Origin: a virus
Lineage: Duplodnaviria; Heunggongvirae; Uroviricota; Caudoviricetes
IMG/VR virus record: IMGVR_UViG_3300027747_001395
Length of the DNA: 48,192 nt
Reading direction: 5' to 3' (one strand)
Of the stretch, positions 21,821 to 31,350 are shown one piece after another (positions within the stretch are counted from its first letter, which is position 1; every line of letters begins with the position of its first letter). The notes under the pieces are model-generated. The model was given only the letters and a program-made list of their open reading frames with translations, ran no database searches and was not told the DNA's origin. The position numbers and the translations under genes were made by a program.

Positions 21821-22167
21821 TGAGTGGTATCCAAATGGCCTTGCTGAGTGTAGCAACTAGTGGCGGAGTATCAGTAAGTATATCTCCAGCTTTTCAACTG
21901 CTGGGCCCGAGTTCACCTGCTGGGACGGTGTTTTCAGGTGCTACACTGAGTTCAGTGGGAGGAACACCTTCCGCATATTTATGGAGCATAGTGGACCCGC
22001 TTTCCGGTACTTGGTCAATAAACTCAGGACAGGGCACAGCAACTTGTGTAGCTCTAGTTGCAGGCGTGGCATCTCCCGATACTGCCACCTGCACTCTGAA
22101 ATGTGTTGCAACCATAAACGGGATTGATTATACTGCAACTTCTTCATTAATTTACCAAAGATTGTAA
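21820..22167 (+). CDS. Small fibre-associated/tip protein, probably Ig-like
   Basis: Coupled (TAATG) to the fibre gene. Beta-rich, with GG.P..Y.WS and C.L.C..T motifs, and locally high GC. Confidence 0.55.
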   Translation: MSGIQMALLSVATSGGVSVSISPAFQLLGPSSPAGTVFSGATLSSVGGTPSAYLWSIVDPLSGTWSINSGQGTATCVALVAGVASPDTATCTLKCVATINGIDYTATSSLIYQRL

Positions 22168-22260
22168 TCAAAAATTCTATCTAAGATACGGTATATAATG
22201 ATTCTTTTCGTTAAGACTCCAGTTCTGCCGGAATTAACCGCTATAAGATTGATTATTCTT

Positions 22261-22268
22261 TATAAATA
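22261..22268 (+). promoter_or_regulatory. Late promoter TATAAATA
   Basis: Exact consensus, intergenic, 26 nt before ATG 22294. Confidence 0.8.
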
Positions 22269-22293
22269 GATTAAATAGACATAAGAGAGTAAA

Positions 22294-22623
22294 ATGGCAG
22301 TTAAAAGTAATATTTTAGTTGATCAGGGGACTGATTATGAAGTCACAATCAATGTTACAGATGAAAGCTCAGCCCCTATAAATCTTACTGGATATACTGG
22401 TAAGGCACAATTTCGTAAGCATTATTCGTCACTTAAATCATACGACTTCAATGTTACTGTAAATGAAGTTACAGGTGAAGTAACTCTTGCATTAAATTCC
22501 GATACCACTAGTTGTGTCAATGCAGGACGTTATGTATATGATTGTGAATTAATTTCTACTTCTGGTGTAAAGTCTAGAATCGCCGAAGGTATTTTAACAA
22601 TAGTTCCAAGAGTAACTAGATAA
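22294..22623 (+). CDS. Small virion adaptor-like protein (DQG-type beta-sandwich), paralog 1
   Basis: NI.VDQG.D....., NLTGYT..AQ.RK, G.V.L.L...T...GRYVYD.E...RI.EG..T..P.VT. Late promoter at 22261. Confidence 0.7.
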   Translation: MAVKSNILVDQGTDYEVTINVTDESSAPINLTGYTGKAQFRKHYSSLKSYDFNVTVNEVTGEVTLALNSDTTSCVNAGRYVYDCELISTSGVKSRIAEGILTIVPRVTR

Positions 22624-23915
22624 TGTCAGATCCTATACTAACAAGATCAAACTTTAATGTTACTGTATCTAAACGAGACGATAGATTACAAATAACAAGT
22701 CCAATCACAGTAAAGAATCAGATTCAAGAAGTTCGATCTATTGATCAACTTGGTCTTAATATTACAAACAGAGTTGATGGTTCATTCATCATCTATAATG
22801 CAAATACCGATAAGTATGATGTAAGACCTCCTTATATTTTCACTGCGGCGGGTTATGGTCTAACATCAAATAATACACATTATTACGTCAACTCAAAAAC
22901 TGGCCTTATTGCAAATACATCTGGATTGTTTGTTAATTCAGCATATATTGCTACAGTTTATGTCAACACAGCTAATAATAGTACTCATGCATTTGGTAAG
23001 AATGAAGAAGATTTAAATGTCGGTAGTGCCGTCTATAGTACATATCTTGGTGGTGTACCTGCATCTTATTTTCTAAATGCATCAAATTTTAATACTGGCG
23101 TAATATCCGAGACATTACTACCATATAGAATGAATCAAGATACTACGAATATATCATCGGTTCAGTTTAATGATTTAACAGTTACTGGCTTCTTAACTGT
23201 AAGTGGTGGTGTTAACTCCGTTCAATCAAATAATATTTCAACTTCAGATAGTATGATCTATTTGAATAATGGGACGGTACCAGTTTCGATTACAGCCATT
23301 AGTGGTAATGGATCTATTCTTAAATTTACAGCAAATAATACATTTTCAGTTGGTTCTGATGTATCTGTTTCTGGCGCTAATTCATCATCATTTAATGGTA
23401 TTTACATTAATGTATTGTCTGCTAATTCTACTCAGTTTACTGTAGCGGGCAATAATACATCTACTTATATTGGAGGCGGTTTAGTTAGAGCTAAATCAAA
23501 AACAACAGTAGATTTAGGATTTTCCGCAGGATATTATGATGGATCACACCGATATGGTGGTATCTTTAGAGATCACACTACCGGAACTTGGAAAGTATTT
23601 GATAATCTAACATCAGAACCAGATAGATCTGTTTACATTGATCAGGGTGATTCTTCATTCCGTACAGCCAACTTTATGGCTAATACACTTATTGTTGGTA
23701 ATGGAACTATATTTTCCACTATTACCCCATCATCATTTAGTGGTACTGCTAATAATACCGTATATGCTTTTGGTAAAAATGAAGCAAATTTAAATGTCAA
23801 TACTGCAATATATTTAAATGGCAAATCAGATGCTTATTTTTCAAATGCGACAAATCTCACTGCTGGTATTTTAAGTTCAAATATATTCCCAATTATAGAT
23901 TGTGGTACTTACTAA
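22623..23915 (+). CDS. Tail fibre-like protein
   Basis: Beta/Ser/Thr/Asn-rich. Carries D.GF...Y.DG...G.FRD...W..F, an internal repeat, and ends IDCGTY. Confidence 0.65.
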   Translation: MSDPILTRSNFNVTVSKRDDRLQITSPITVKNQIQEVRSIDQLGLNITNRVDGSFIIYNANTDKYDVRPPYIFTAAGYGLTSNNTHYYVNSKTGLIANTSGLFVNSAYIATVYVNTANNSTHAFGKNEEDLNVGSAVYSTYLGGVPASYFLNASNFNTGVISETLLPYRMNQDTTNISSVQFNDLTVTGFLTVSGGVNSVQSNNISTSDSMIYLNNGTVPVSITAISGNGSILKFTANNTFSVGSDVSVSGANSSSFNGIYINVLSANSTQFTVAGNNTSTYIGGGLVRAKSKTTVDLGFSAGYYDGSHRYGGIFRDHTTGTWKVFDNLTSEPDRSVYIDQGDSSFRTANFMANTLIVGNGTIFSTITPSSFSGTANNTVYAFGKNEANLNVNTAIYLNGKSDAYFSNATNLTAGILSSNIFPIIDCGTY

Positions 23916-23956
23916 CACAATAAATATACTATTATATTAAATTTAATAGGATTGAC

Positions 23957-26900
23957 ATGACTGATACCCCAAATAAGATTTTATTCAAGCGAAGTTCAGA
24001 GTCAGGTAAGAAGCCTACTACAGCTGATATTACACCTGGTGAACTTGCAATTAATACTGCTGATGGTATTCTATATACAACTAAACAATATGTAGTAGAT
24101 AATCAGACTATACAAGAAGTAGTTTCAGTTGTTGGTGTTAATACAAGTCTATCTTATACTTGGACTAATGTTCATTCTTTTAATTCCGATGTAAACTTTA
24201 ATGGTGGCATATTAGTCAATAACTCGCGTGGTAGTGATGGTCAAGTTCTAACATCAAATGGAACTACAGTTTCTTGGCAGGACTCAAAAGGTAGCGCAGC
24301 TGCAGGTGTTCTTACTACTTTCACATATACCATAACTGCCGACACATCAGTAATTACTGGTGCCGATGATACTGCTAAAATTCTATATTATGCTCTTGGT
24401 TTAGAAAGTATATATGTTAATGGATCAAAACAAGCAGCAGGAATTGACTACAATACTACCGATTCATATACAATTACATTTACTTCAAATCTACTTACTG
24501 GTGATCTGGTACAAGTAGTTGCAATTAATTCTGGATCTTCAGTCTCGGGTGGCAGCTCTAGTAGTTCTTCAATATCAAATAAAAATTTCATTATTGATTA
24601 TACTGATACTTCTATTCCACAAACTCCAGTATATTATAGTGATAAAGGTAGATTCTATAGAGATATTTCTGGCAACTGGATTCGTACTACAGTTGCCAAT
24701 CAAGAACTTATCTATTATGATACTAACGGAAACGTTCTTGGTTTAGACATGTCACCTGCGGACACATATCTATCAGCACCATTCGATTATGCAACAAATC
24801 CTGCTAATACAGATCCAGTATACCTTACCAAAAAGACTCCAGCTACAAATGCTAATATTGTATATGCGGCAGCACATACTCAACCAAGTATCTTTGATGC
24901 TTCAGGTAAAGGTGTTCTTATTAATCTTGGCGGATATACTAATTATCAAGATGTAGTGGCAAACAATATTGTTTGCTCAGTTTCCAATGATGATCTAGTT
25001 AGAGTTGAAATGATCTTTGCAGTTCGTGATTTTGACACGCTTGCAAATACTAACGATTATATTACATTATCAAAAAATGTACTTAGTGGTAATAGTACTT
25101 CAGGTTTATTGCCTACAAATGGGTTGACTTTAAACTTTAATTCTACAAATCAGCTTCAGTCTTTTACTAGTAAAGCTCGACGAGCAGATTGTAGACTTCT
25201 TCAAACAAAAGATTCTGTGTCATACTATTTTGCTTGGGTTGAAGAAAAAATGCTCGATGTGGGAACACTTATACCTAAACTTACTTGGGGAAAACCAACT
25301 TCAAATTCAAGTGTTTCTACTCGTAAATTACTTATTCAAGATTTGCGTATTGTAAAGAATGGTTCTACTATTCCAAATGCAGCGCCTGTTTGTGCAGTAA
25401 ATAAGACATTTAATGATAATTATTTAAAGATTGCAACTACTAAAGCTATTGATATTAAGTTTGATAGACTTAGGAAGGGAAGAACTCTAGTAACTGATGG
25501 TTCTATTAGACCAATACGAAAGTATAGATCTAGACCTAATGATGCTGATATGTATTTACACTATGAGCGAAAGATTGAACTTTCAAAATCAATTGAAGAT
25601 ACTTCAGTTGACTTTATTATGCCAAACTATTATCAGTACTATGATTTTGCTCCTGTTACTGCTGGGGTTAAAGCTTCTAATGGTATGATTACATTAGGAG
25701 ATCCTGTTGAAGTATATCTAAGTGATGCATACTTCAACCAAATTGTCAACAACCCACCAATACTTCCTATGGAATCTGGATATCTAGTATATAATAGTTA
25801 TGGCTATAATATAACTATTAAAGGAGCCTTTAAATCGCCAAAACGGTGGGCTCAAGTAGCATCAATTTATAATGGATTACCATATACAGGGCCTGTTGGT
25901 GATTTAACTGTTAAAAATCTTAATGTGTTCTTGCGTTCATCTACTTCTGGTGAACAAATTGGTCAGTCAATACCAAGATTAGGTAATCTTGCTGGCAATA
26001 ATATTTCACTTTCTTACTCGGTACTTTCTGGTCATACTCAACATCATACCAGAGGAAATAAAAGAGTACATTATGGCGAATATGCTAACAGTATAAATTG
26101 TAGATGGATTGGTGAATTTAATCTAGCAAGTAAAGGTAATCTAGCTTTAAGTGAAGTATTATTTAGTAGAATAGGTCGTACCAATCTAGATAATGGATCA
26201 AAGACTTCTAGAGTAAATATGAATTATAATGGTGTTAGAGGTGATAAAATTTGGTCCGATTTTGTCTATGTTGGTCGTGGAACATATTCAGGAATAGTTC
26301 AAAATGTTGCTTCTTTAAACCAGAGTTTTGAAAATTGGTACCAATATCATTCTCGTGATGAGATAATGATTGATCGTGGTAATGGTCTAGAATATCTTTC
26401 AGCAGCAGGTCTGTATGCTACTGACTTACCTACAGATCGTAAATTATCTCTATATAGTTATAGACCAAAAGTTGGTGACCCTATTGATCAGTCAAATAAT
26501 GCACTATTTTTATATGGGTGCAGAGACCGAACATTATTGCTATATCCATATGATACTTTTTGGGGCGATGATCATCAAGGTTATCAAGCGGCATTAAGCA
26601 AGGCAACAACAACATTTACTGATAGAAGAATATTCCCTGGAATGCCAGGACCAAAATATTTGAGTTATTCTGATGCATTAAATGCAACATCTTCAATGCC
26701 TGCGGATACATTCCTTTATGTATTTGCCACGGATGCTAATACTCACGTAGACCCATTTAGTAATACATCGGTACTTAATCGTGGTGTATATCGTAAAATG
26801 GATAACTTAGGGTTAGTTCGAATTGCAAATTCATGGCCTAGTAGTTCTGGTACTAGATATTCATCATTAGCCTCACTTATAGCTTCAGGTTTTGTTACGC

Positions 26901-29530
26901 AAGGAATGGCTGGAATAATTGACAGCGGCGTAGATGCAGGAGTATATGAGAATCTTGGTGGTACTAATTGGACAAAAATTGACAGCAATATACAGCTCCC
27001 AGTGTATGCTAGTACACCAGGTATAGCTTCCGCCAACAATCTACACGTCTATGTTACAATTGATCATATTGCTTGGCCTACTGGGCGAACTCAAGCATCA
27101 TATAATTATACAAATAGAGGTCAGCCAATAGGTACTGGGGTGTCAACTCACGCTGATTTCTTCCAATTTAATACTGGTTCCCAGATGATTATTGATGGTC
27201 TTACCGTCAAGAATGCTATTACTTATGGTGATTCACAGTTTATGTATTTTAGCCCTGTTATTGGAAATACAGATCCTGTTTATGATTTTACTTTACAGGA
27301 CAGTATAGGTCTAATTAAGGGCGGTTATACTGCAGCTATTGTACAAAGTAGTTTTATACCTGGATATCAGCAAGTCTTTAAGAATGTTTGTGTTCTACCA
27401 ACATATGGTGATGAATTTGTTACCTCATCAAATTATAGATCTAATATTCCAGGGCTATCATTTCAAATATTTGGTGCTGGTTTAATGCCAAATAATCAAA
27501 TTACAGTAAATAATTTTTGGATAGGTACTTATGGTTCAACCGTAGGAGTTTTGGGAGGAAACAATACCGCAAATGTTTTAAGTCAACTTCCAAATAGAAT
27601 TGACGTACCCAATTATTATGATATTGCTAATACAATATATCCAGTACCATCAGCAAATAGCGTAACAATGAGATATGCTTATAAATCTGATGTACCAACT
27701 AAAGATTGGTACATTAAAGATGATGTACCACTTAAAAATATTAGTTTTAATGAATCATTTGAAAAGAGTATTAATATTCCACTAAATTCTATTTGGCAGA
27801 ATGTTATGTCTCATTATATCTTCTCGTCTGATGTTGATGAAATGATTGATTGGCAGGAATCTACATTCCAAAGAGAACCAGATTTAACTTTATATGTTGA
27901 TTCAACTGCAAATGTAGGCACAGTTATTGCCACTGGTGTAAACGGCAATGAATGGCATAAACAATGGAGTGGTGCTGAGGATGGTTATTTTGATTTAACT
28001 GCTGGTACTATTACAATTAAAAGACCATTGTCAGATCCTAATCCAGCAACAGGCAATACTACTGCGGGTCTTAATTTAGATTTTACTAAATCTCCATCAT
28101 CATCTGGCTTTAGTAATGATGATATTATTACTATTGTATCTCCAACACCAGGATATTCGAATGCTATAATAACAATGTCGACTAATTCCAATGGTTTTAT
28201 TTCAGATAATAAGAAATTCTCAATAAAAAATCCGGGTTCAGGGTTTACTAATAAGTTATATGATGTAATTGGTTTGGCTGCTTATACAAAAAAAGTTCAG
28301 GCCTACATTACTGCTAATGATGGAATTAGTACTGCATCTGGCAAGACAAATTTATTTATAGATGGTCTGGCATCTTTAGCTCTTACTATTTCAGGGTCAT
28401 TTAATAATAATGATATTATTACAATTGTTGCACCACCAGGTGGTGCAAATGCTGTAGCATATGCTCCAAATACCGGCAGTACTTCTATATCTTCATGGAA
28501 AACACGTGGTGATGGTTGGCCCGTATATACCCAACTTGGTATTGGAACTATTCTAATTACAAGTAATACTGGTGCATTAAATTCAGGTATTTCTATACCA
28601 CTAAATTCTAACGGCTATAATAATTCTGACATTGTTATTGTAAATCCTGGACCTGCTGGTGTAAATGCTGTAGCAACAATTTTGACCAATTCAAATGGTG
28701 TCATTCGAACAATCACTAGAACAAATTATGGTTCTGGATTTCCTGCATATAGTACTTTAGATTCATCTTACTTTACAATTACTAGCAATACTGGTGGTCT
28801 TGCATTGGGTAATACCATGGTATCCGGTATGTCTACTACAACTGATGGCAGTGCACCTCGCGGGCTTTCTTCTACTCTAGGTATTACAATTGATACTACT
28901 GGTATCTATAAAATATTAGCAACTTCAAGTGGAATAGGATATAACAATAATGATATTATTACTGTTATTTCAGATTCCGGATACGTAAATGCAGTAGCTA
29001 CTATTTCTACAGATTCTACTGGTTCGATCTTGTCAACAAACATTATAAATGCCGGATCTGGATTTACTATTTTGAATCCTATTCTAAAATCAAATATTTT
29101 AATTTCTAATACAACTGGAGGGACTCCTACTGGAACATCAGATGTGGGACTATTTGCCGTAAGTGCTGGAGGTATTTCATCGATATCTGTTCCATCAACA
29201 CCTGGGTATAATAATTCTGATCTTATTGTAGTTACTTCTGGATTTACTAAGGGTATTGCTTCTATTTCTACAAATTCAAATGGAGTTATTCAATCAACTT
29301 CCATTTATAAACAGAATTTTGGGTCAGGTTTAAATTTAAAAAGTACTACACCAACTATCGGATCTTTGACCATATTGTATTCAGGTAATACTGGTGGTCC
29401 ACCAAATGGTAATGCTATTATAGCTACTGCATCCGCAGTAATTGGTGGTATTGTATTCAGTTCTAGTGGTGGTTTCAAGAATATGTATGTAACTGATAAT
29501 CTATCAATTATTGATATTGATGTATCTTAA
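23957..29530 (+). CDS. Large tail fibre/tailspike (1857 aa), possible beta-helix depolymerase core
   Basis: N-terminal I.FKRS...GK.P....GELAINTADG.LY (long-tail-fibre type), GQVLTSNG..W, a novel central region containing HADFFQF, and five C-terminal GYNN.D repeats. Confidence 0.7.
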   Translation: MTDTPNKILFKRSSESGKKPTTADITPGELAINTADGILYTTKQYVVDNQTIQEVVSVVGVNTSLSYTWTNVHSFNSDVNFNGGILVNNSRGSDGQVLTSNGTTVSWQDSKGSAAAGVLTTFTYTITADTSVITGADDTAKILYYALGLESIYVNGSKQAAGIDYNTTDSYTITFTSNLLTGDLVQVVAINSGSSVSGGSSSSSSISNKNFIIDYTDTSIPQTPVYYSDKGRFYRDISGNWIRTTVANQELIYYDTNGNVLGLDMSPADTYLSAPFDYATNPANTDPVYLTKKTPATNANIVYAAAHTQPSIFDASGKGVLINLGGYTNYQDVVANNIVCSVSNDDLVRVEMIFAVRDFDTLANTNDYITLSKNVLSGNSTSGLLPTNGLTLNFNSTNQLQSFTSKARRADCRLLQTKDSVSYYFAWVEEKMLDVGTLIPKLTWGKPTSNSSVSTRKLLIQDLRIVKNGSTIPNAAPVCAVNKTFNDNYLKIATTKAIDIKFDRLRKGRTLVTDGSIRPIRKYRSRPNDADMYLHYERKIELSKSIEDTSVDFIMPNYYQYYDFAPVTAGVKASNGMITLGDPVEVYLSDAYFNQIVNNPPILPMESGYLVYNSYGYNITIKGAFKSPKRWAQVASIYNGLPYTGPVGDLTVKNLNVFLRSSTSGEQIGQSIPRLGNLAGNNISLSYSVLSGHTQHHTRGNKRVHYGEYANSINCRWIGEFNLASKGNLALSEVLFSRIGRTNLDNGSKTSRVNMNYNGVRGDKIWSDFVYVGRGTYSGIVQNVASLNQSFENWYQYHSRDEIMIDRGNGLEYLSAAGLYATDLPTDRKLSLYSYRPKVGDPIDQSNNALFLYGCRDRTLLLYPYDTFWGDDHQGYQAALSKATTTFTDRRIFPGMPGPKYLSYSDALNATSSMPADTFLYVFATDANTHVDPFSNTSVLNRGVYRKMDNLGLVRIANSWPSSSGTRYSSLASLIASGFVTQGMAGIIDSGVDAGVYENLGGTNWTKIDSNIQLPVYASTPGIASANNLHVYVTIDHIAWPTGRTQASYNYTNRGQPIGTGVSTHADFFQFNTGSQMIIDGLTVKNAITYGDSQFMYFSPVIGNTDPVYDFTLQDSIGLIKGGYTAAIVQSSFIPGYQQVFKNVCVLPTYGDEFVTSSNYRSNIPGLSFQIFGAGLMPNNQITVNNFWIGTYGSTVGVLGGNNTANVLSQLPNRIDVPNYYDIANTIYPVPSANSVTMRYAYKSDVPTKDWYIKDDVPLKNISFNESFEKSINIPLNSIWQNVMSHYIFSSDVDEMIDWQESTFQREPDLTLYVDSTANVGTVIATGVNGNEWHKQWSGAEDGYFDLTAGTITIKRPLSDPNPATGNTTAGLNLDFTKSPSSSGFSNDDIITIVSPTPGYSNAIITMSTNSNGFISDNKKFSIKNPGSGFTNKLYDVIGLAAYTKKVQAYITANDGISTASGKTNLFIDGLASLALTISGSFNNNDIITIVAPPGGANAVAYAPNTGSTSISSWKTRGDGWPVYTQLGIGTILITSNTGALNSGISIPLNSNGYNNSDIVIVNPGPAGVNAVATILTNSNGVIRTITRTNYGSGFPAYSTLDSSYFTITSNTGGLALGNTMVSGMSTTTDGSAPRGLSSTLGITIDTTGIYKILATSSGIGYNNNDIITVISDSGYVNAVATISTDSTGSILSTNIINAGSGFTILNPILKSNILISNTTGGTPTGTSDVGLFAVSAGGISSISVPSTPGYNNSDLIVVTSGFTKGIASISTNSNGVIQSTSIYKQNFGSGLNLKSTTPTIGSLTILYSGNTGGPPNGNAIIATASAVIGGIVFSSSGGFKNMYVTDNLSIIDIDVS
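28100..29335 (+). repeat. Five imperfect ~40-45-aa repeats G(Y/F)NN.DII....NAVATI.TNS.G.I......GSGF
   Basis: Copies begin near 28100, 28394 (partial), 28612, 28937 and 29204 in the translation. Confidence 0.8.
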
Positions 29531-29536
29531 TTTTAA

Positions 29537-29561
29537 CATCTGAGGGAAAGGGAACCAGATG
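29537..29561 (+). promoter_or_regulatory. Putative RNA hairpin sequestering the start codon of the 29559 gene
   Basis: CATCTG-AGGGAAAGGGAAC-CAGATG is a perfect 6-bp inverted repeat. Its 3' arm contains the ATG and its loop is the purine-rich SD-like tract. Confidence 0.5.
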
Positions 29562-30947
29562 ACTACACCAACTAATTTTAGAGTAAAAAATGGTCTTAAT
29601 GTAAGTAATGGCTATTTTATTGCTAATACTACAGTAATTAAGATAGCTAATACTTTGACTATTGGGTCTGCTACTGTAAACTCAACTTTTTATACAGCCA
29701 CGGCAAATGCGGCTATTTACGCTAATGCTTCAAGTCTTACCGGCGGTCCAGTTAAGCCAGCTCAATTAGGCTCAGGTATTGCTGATGCTACTACAATTCT
29801 TTATGGTGATGGCACATGGAAACAATTTGGTGGTTATGGACAGTTCTTACCTCTAATAGGAGGTGTAATGAATGGAACGGTAACACTAAACATTAATTCA
29901 GGGTCATGGTCTACTACTGGAATTACTAGTGGTGTTGTTATAAATCAGATTGCATCTACAATTGTTGACACACCTTCTTCAAATACTGTATCAACAGTTT
30001 ACTTAAATGCTTTTAAAGCACAGACTCTTTCTTCAAATACTTCAAATACAGTAACTGTTGGTTATGCGGTAGGTGCTTACTTTGCAGAACCTGTAGCAGG
30101 AACCAAAGTTACTATTACTTCTAAAGCTGCGTTGGTTGCAGAAAGCTTGGCTGTAACATTTGCTGGTACCGCAGCAAGTACAACTGCTTTTGACATTGGT
30201 AGTTCTCAAACCTCTCAGCAAGTTCGAATAGGTAGTGGTGGCGGAACTGGACAAATGGTATTTGGTCGTTCTAATGCAAGTCAACTTATATCTATTTCAG
30301 ATGGTGCAACTTTATCAAGTAATACCAAAACTATTACAATTGGTACTGGAGGTCTCAGTGGATCTACTACACGTATTACGGCAGGTACATTCTTGAGTAA
30401 TACTTTTGTTACATTGTATGCTAATACTATTAACTTAACTAACAATACTGCTATTACTGTAACTGTAGGCAATTCGTCTGTATTTACTACAGTAAATTCT
30501 ACTGCATTTTCTGGTAGTATAAATGTGAAACCTGGCTCAACTATTATGGATTCGTCAGGTTCTACTGGTGCTAGTGGTCAAGTTCTGACATCAAATGCAA
30601 CTGGTGTCTATTGGTCTTCAAGGGTTACTGCATTAGAACAAACAGGAGTATTTACATCAACTAATACTTCTATTACATTAACAAAAGCTCAGAAGAATTC
30701 AATTATACAATGTAGTAATACAGCAGCAATTACCATATATGTTCCAAATTATACTGATGAAGCTTTTGATATAGGCAATTTTGTAGAACTATATCAAATA
30801 AATTCTGGTCGAATGACTGTTTTAGGCTCTGCAGGTGTCACTTTACAATCAAAAAATAATTTAAATACTACAAATACTATCTATTCAACTGCTGTATTGA
30901 GAAAAGTTGATACTAATACTTGGAGACTTTCTGGTGATCTTGTATAA
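29559..30947 (+). CDS. Tail fibre-like protein
   Basis: NFRVKNGL N-terminus, LGSG.A...T.L.GDGTW, GQVLTSN..GVYW, and a C-terminal domain homologous to that of 20279..21820. Confidence 0.7.
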   Translation: MTTPTNFRVKNGLNVSNGYFIANTTVIKIANTLTIGSATVNSTFYTATANAAIYANASSLTGGPVKPAQLGSGIADATTILYGDGTWKQFGGYGQFLPLIGGVMNGTVTLNINSGSWSTTGITSGVVINQIASTIVDTPSSNTVSTVYLNAFKAQTLSSNTSNTVTVGYAVGAYFAEPVAGTKVTITSKAALVAESLAVTFAGTAASTTAFDIGSSQTSQQVRIGSGGGTGQMVFGRSNASQLISISDGATLSSNTKTITIGTGGLSGSTTRITAGTFLSNTFVTLYANTINLTNNTAITVTVGNSSVFTTVNSTAFSGSINVKPGSTIMDSSGSTGASGQVLTSNATGVYWSSRVTALEQTGVFTSTNTSITLTKAQKNSIIQCSNTAAITIYVPNYTDEAFDIGNFVELYQINSGRMTVLGSAGVTLQSKNNLNTTNTIYSTAVLRKVDTNTWRLSGDLV

Positions 30948-30962
30948 GATACTCTGGATGTT

Positions 30963-30970
30963 TATAAATA
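30963..30970 (+). promoter_or_regulatory. Late promoter TATAAATA
   Basis: Exact consensus, intergenic. Confidence 0.8.
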
Positions 30971-30990
30971 TATAAAACAAGAACAAGGTT

Positions 30991-31350
30991 TTGACAATGC
31001 TTTCAGAAAAAAGTAACATTATTAATTTTACAGTTGATCAAAAAGCTAGCTTTGAAGTTTGGATGAATGTAAAAGATCAATCAAATACTTATGTTGATTT
31101 AACGGATTATATAGTAACATCTAAATATGCTACTGATTTTGATGCAGGTGATAGTTATTCAACTACTATTACTGCTCAAATTGTAAATGCTGCTGCCGGT
31201 GAAATTAAACTTGATTTAACACCAGAACAGACCGATATGATGGAACCAAATATTAAGTACTTTTATGATGTTGCAATTACCAACAATATAACTTTGTATA
31301 AGACTAGAATTATACAAGGTACACTAAAAGTAAATCCAGGTGTGTCATAA
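30991..31350 (+). CDS. Small virion adaptor-like protein, paralog 2 (ATG at 30997 is an alternative start)
   Basis: Aligns with 22294..22623 (VDQ, DLT.Y, GEI.L.L...T, Y.YD, RI.QG...V.P.V). Late promoter at 30963. Confidence 0.7.
   Translation: MTMLSEKSNIINFTVDQKASFEVWMNVKDQSNTYVDLTDYIVTSKYATDFDAGDSYSTTITAQIVNAAAGEIKLDLTPEQTDMMEPNIKYFYDVAITNNITLYKTRIIQGTLKVNPGVS

Noticed and set aside
22168-22260. ncRNA, terminator or small gene in the longest intergenic gap
   Set aside because: No convincing stem-loop with a U-tract, no tRNA fold, and no ORF with an RBS. At most a recombination remnant.
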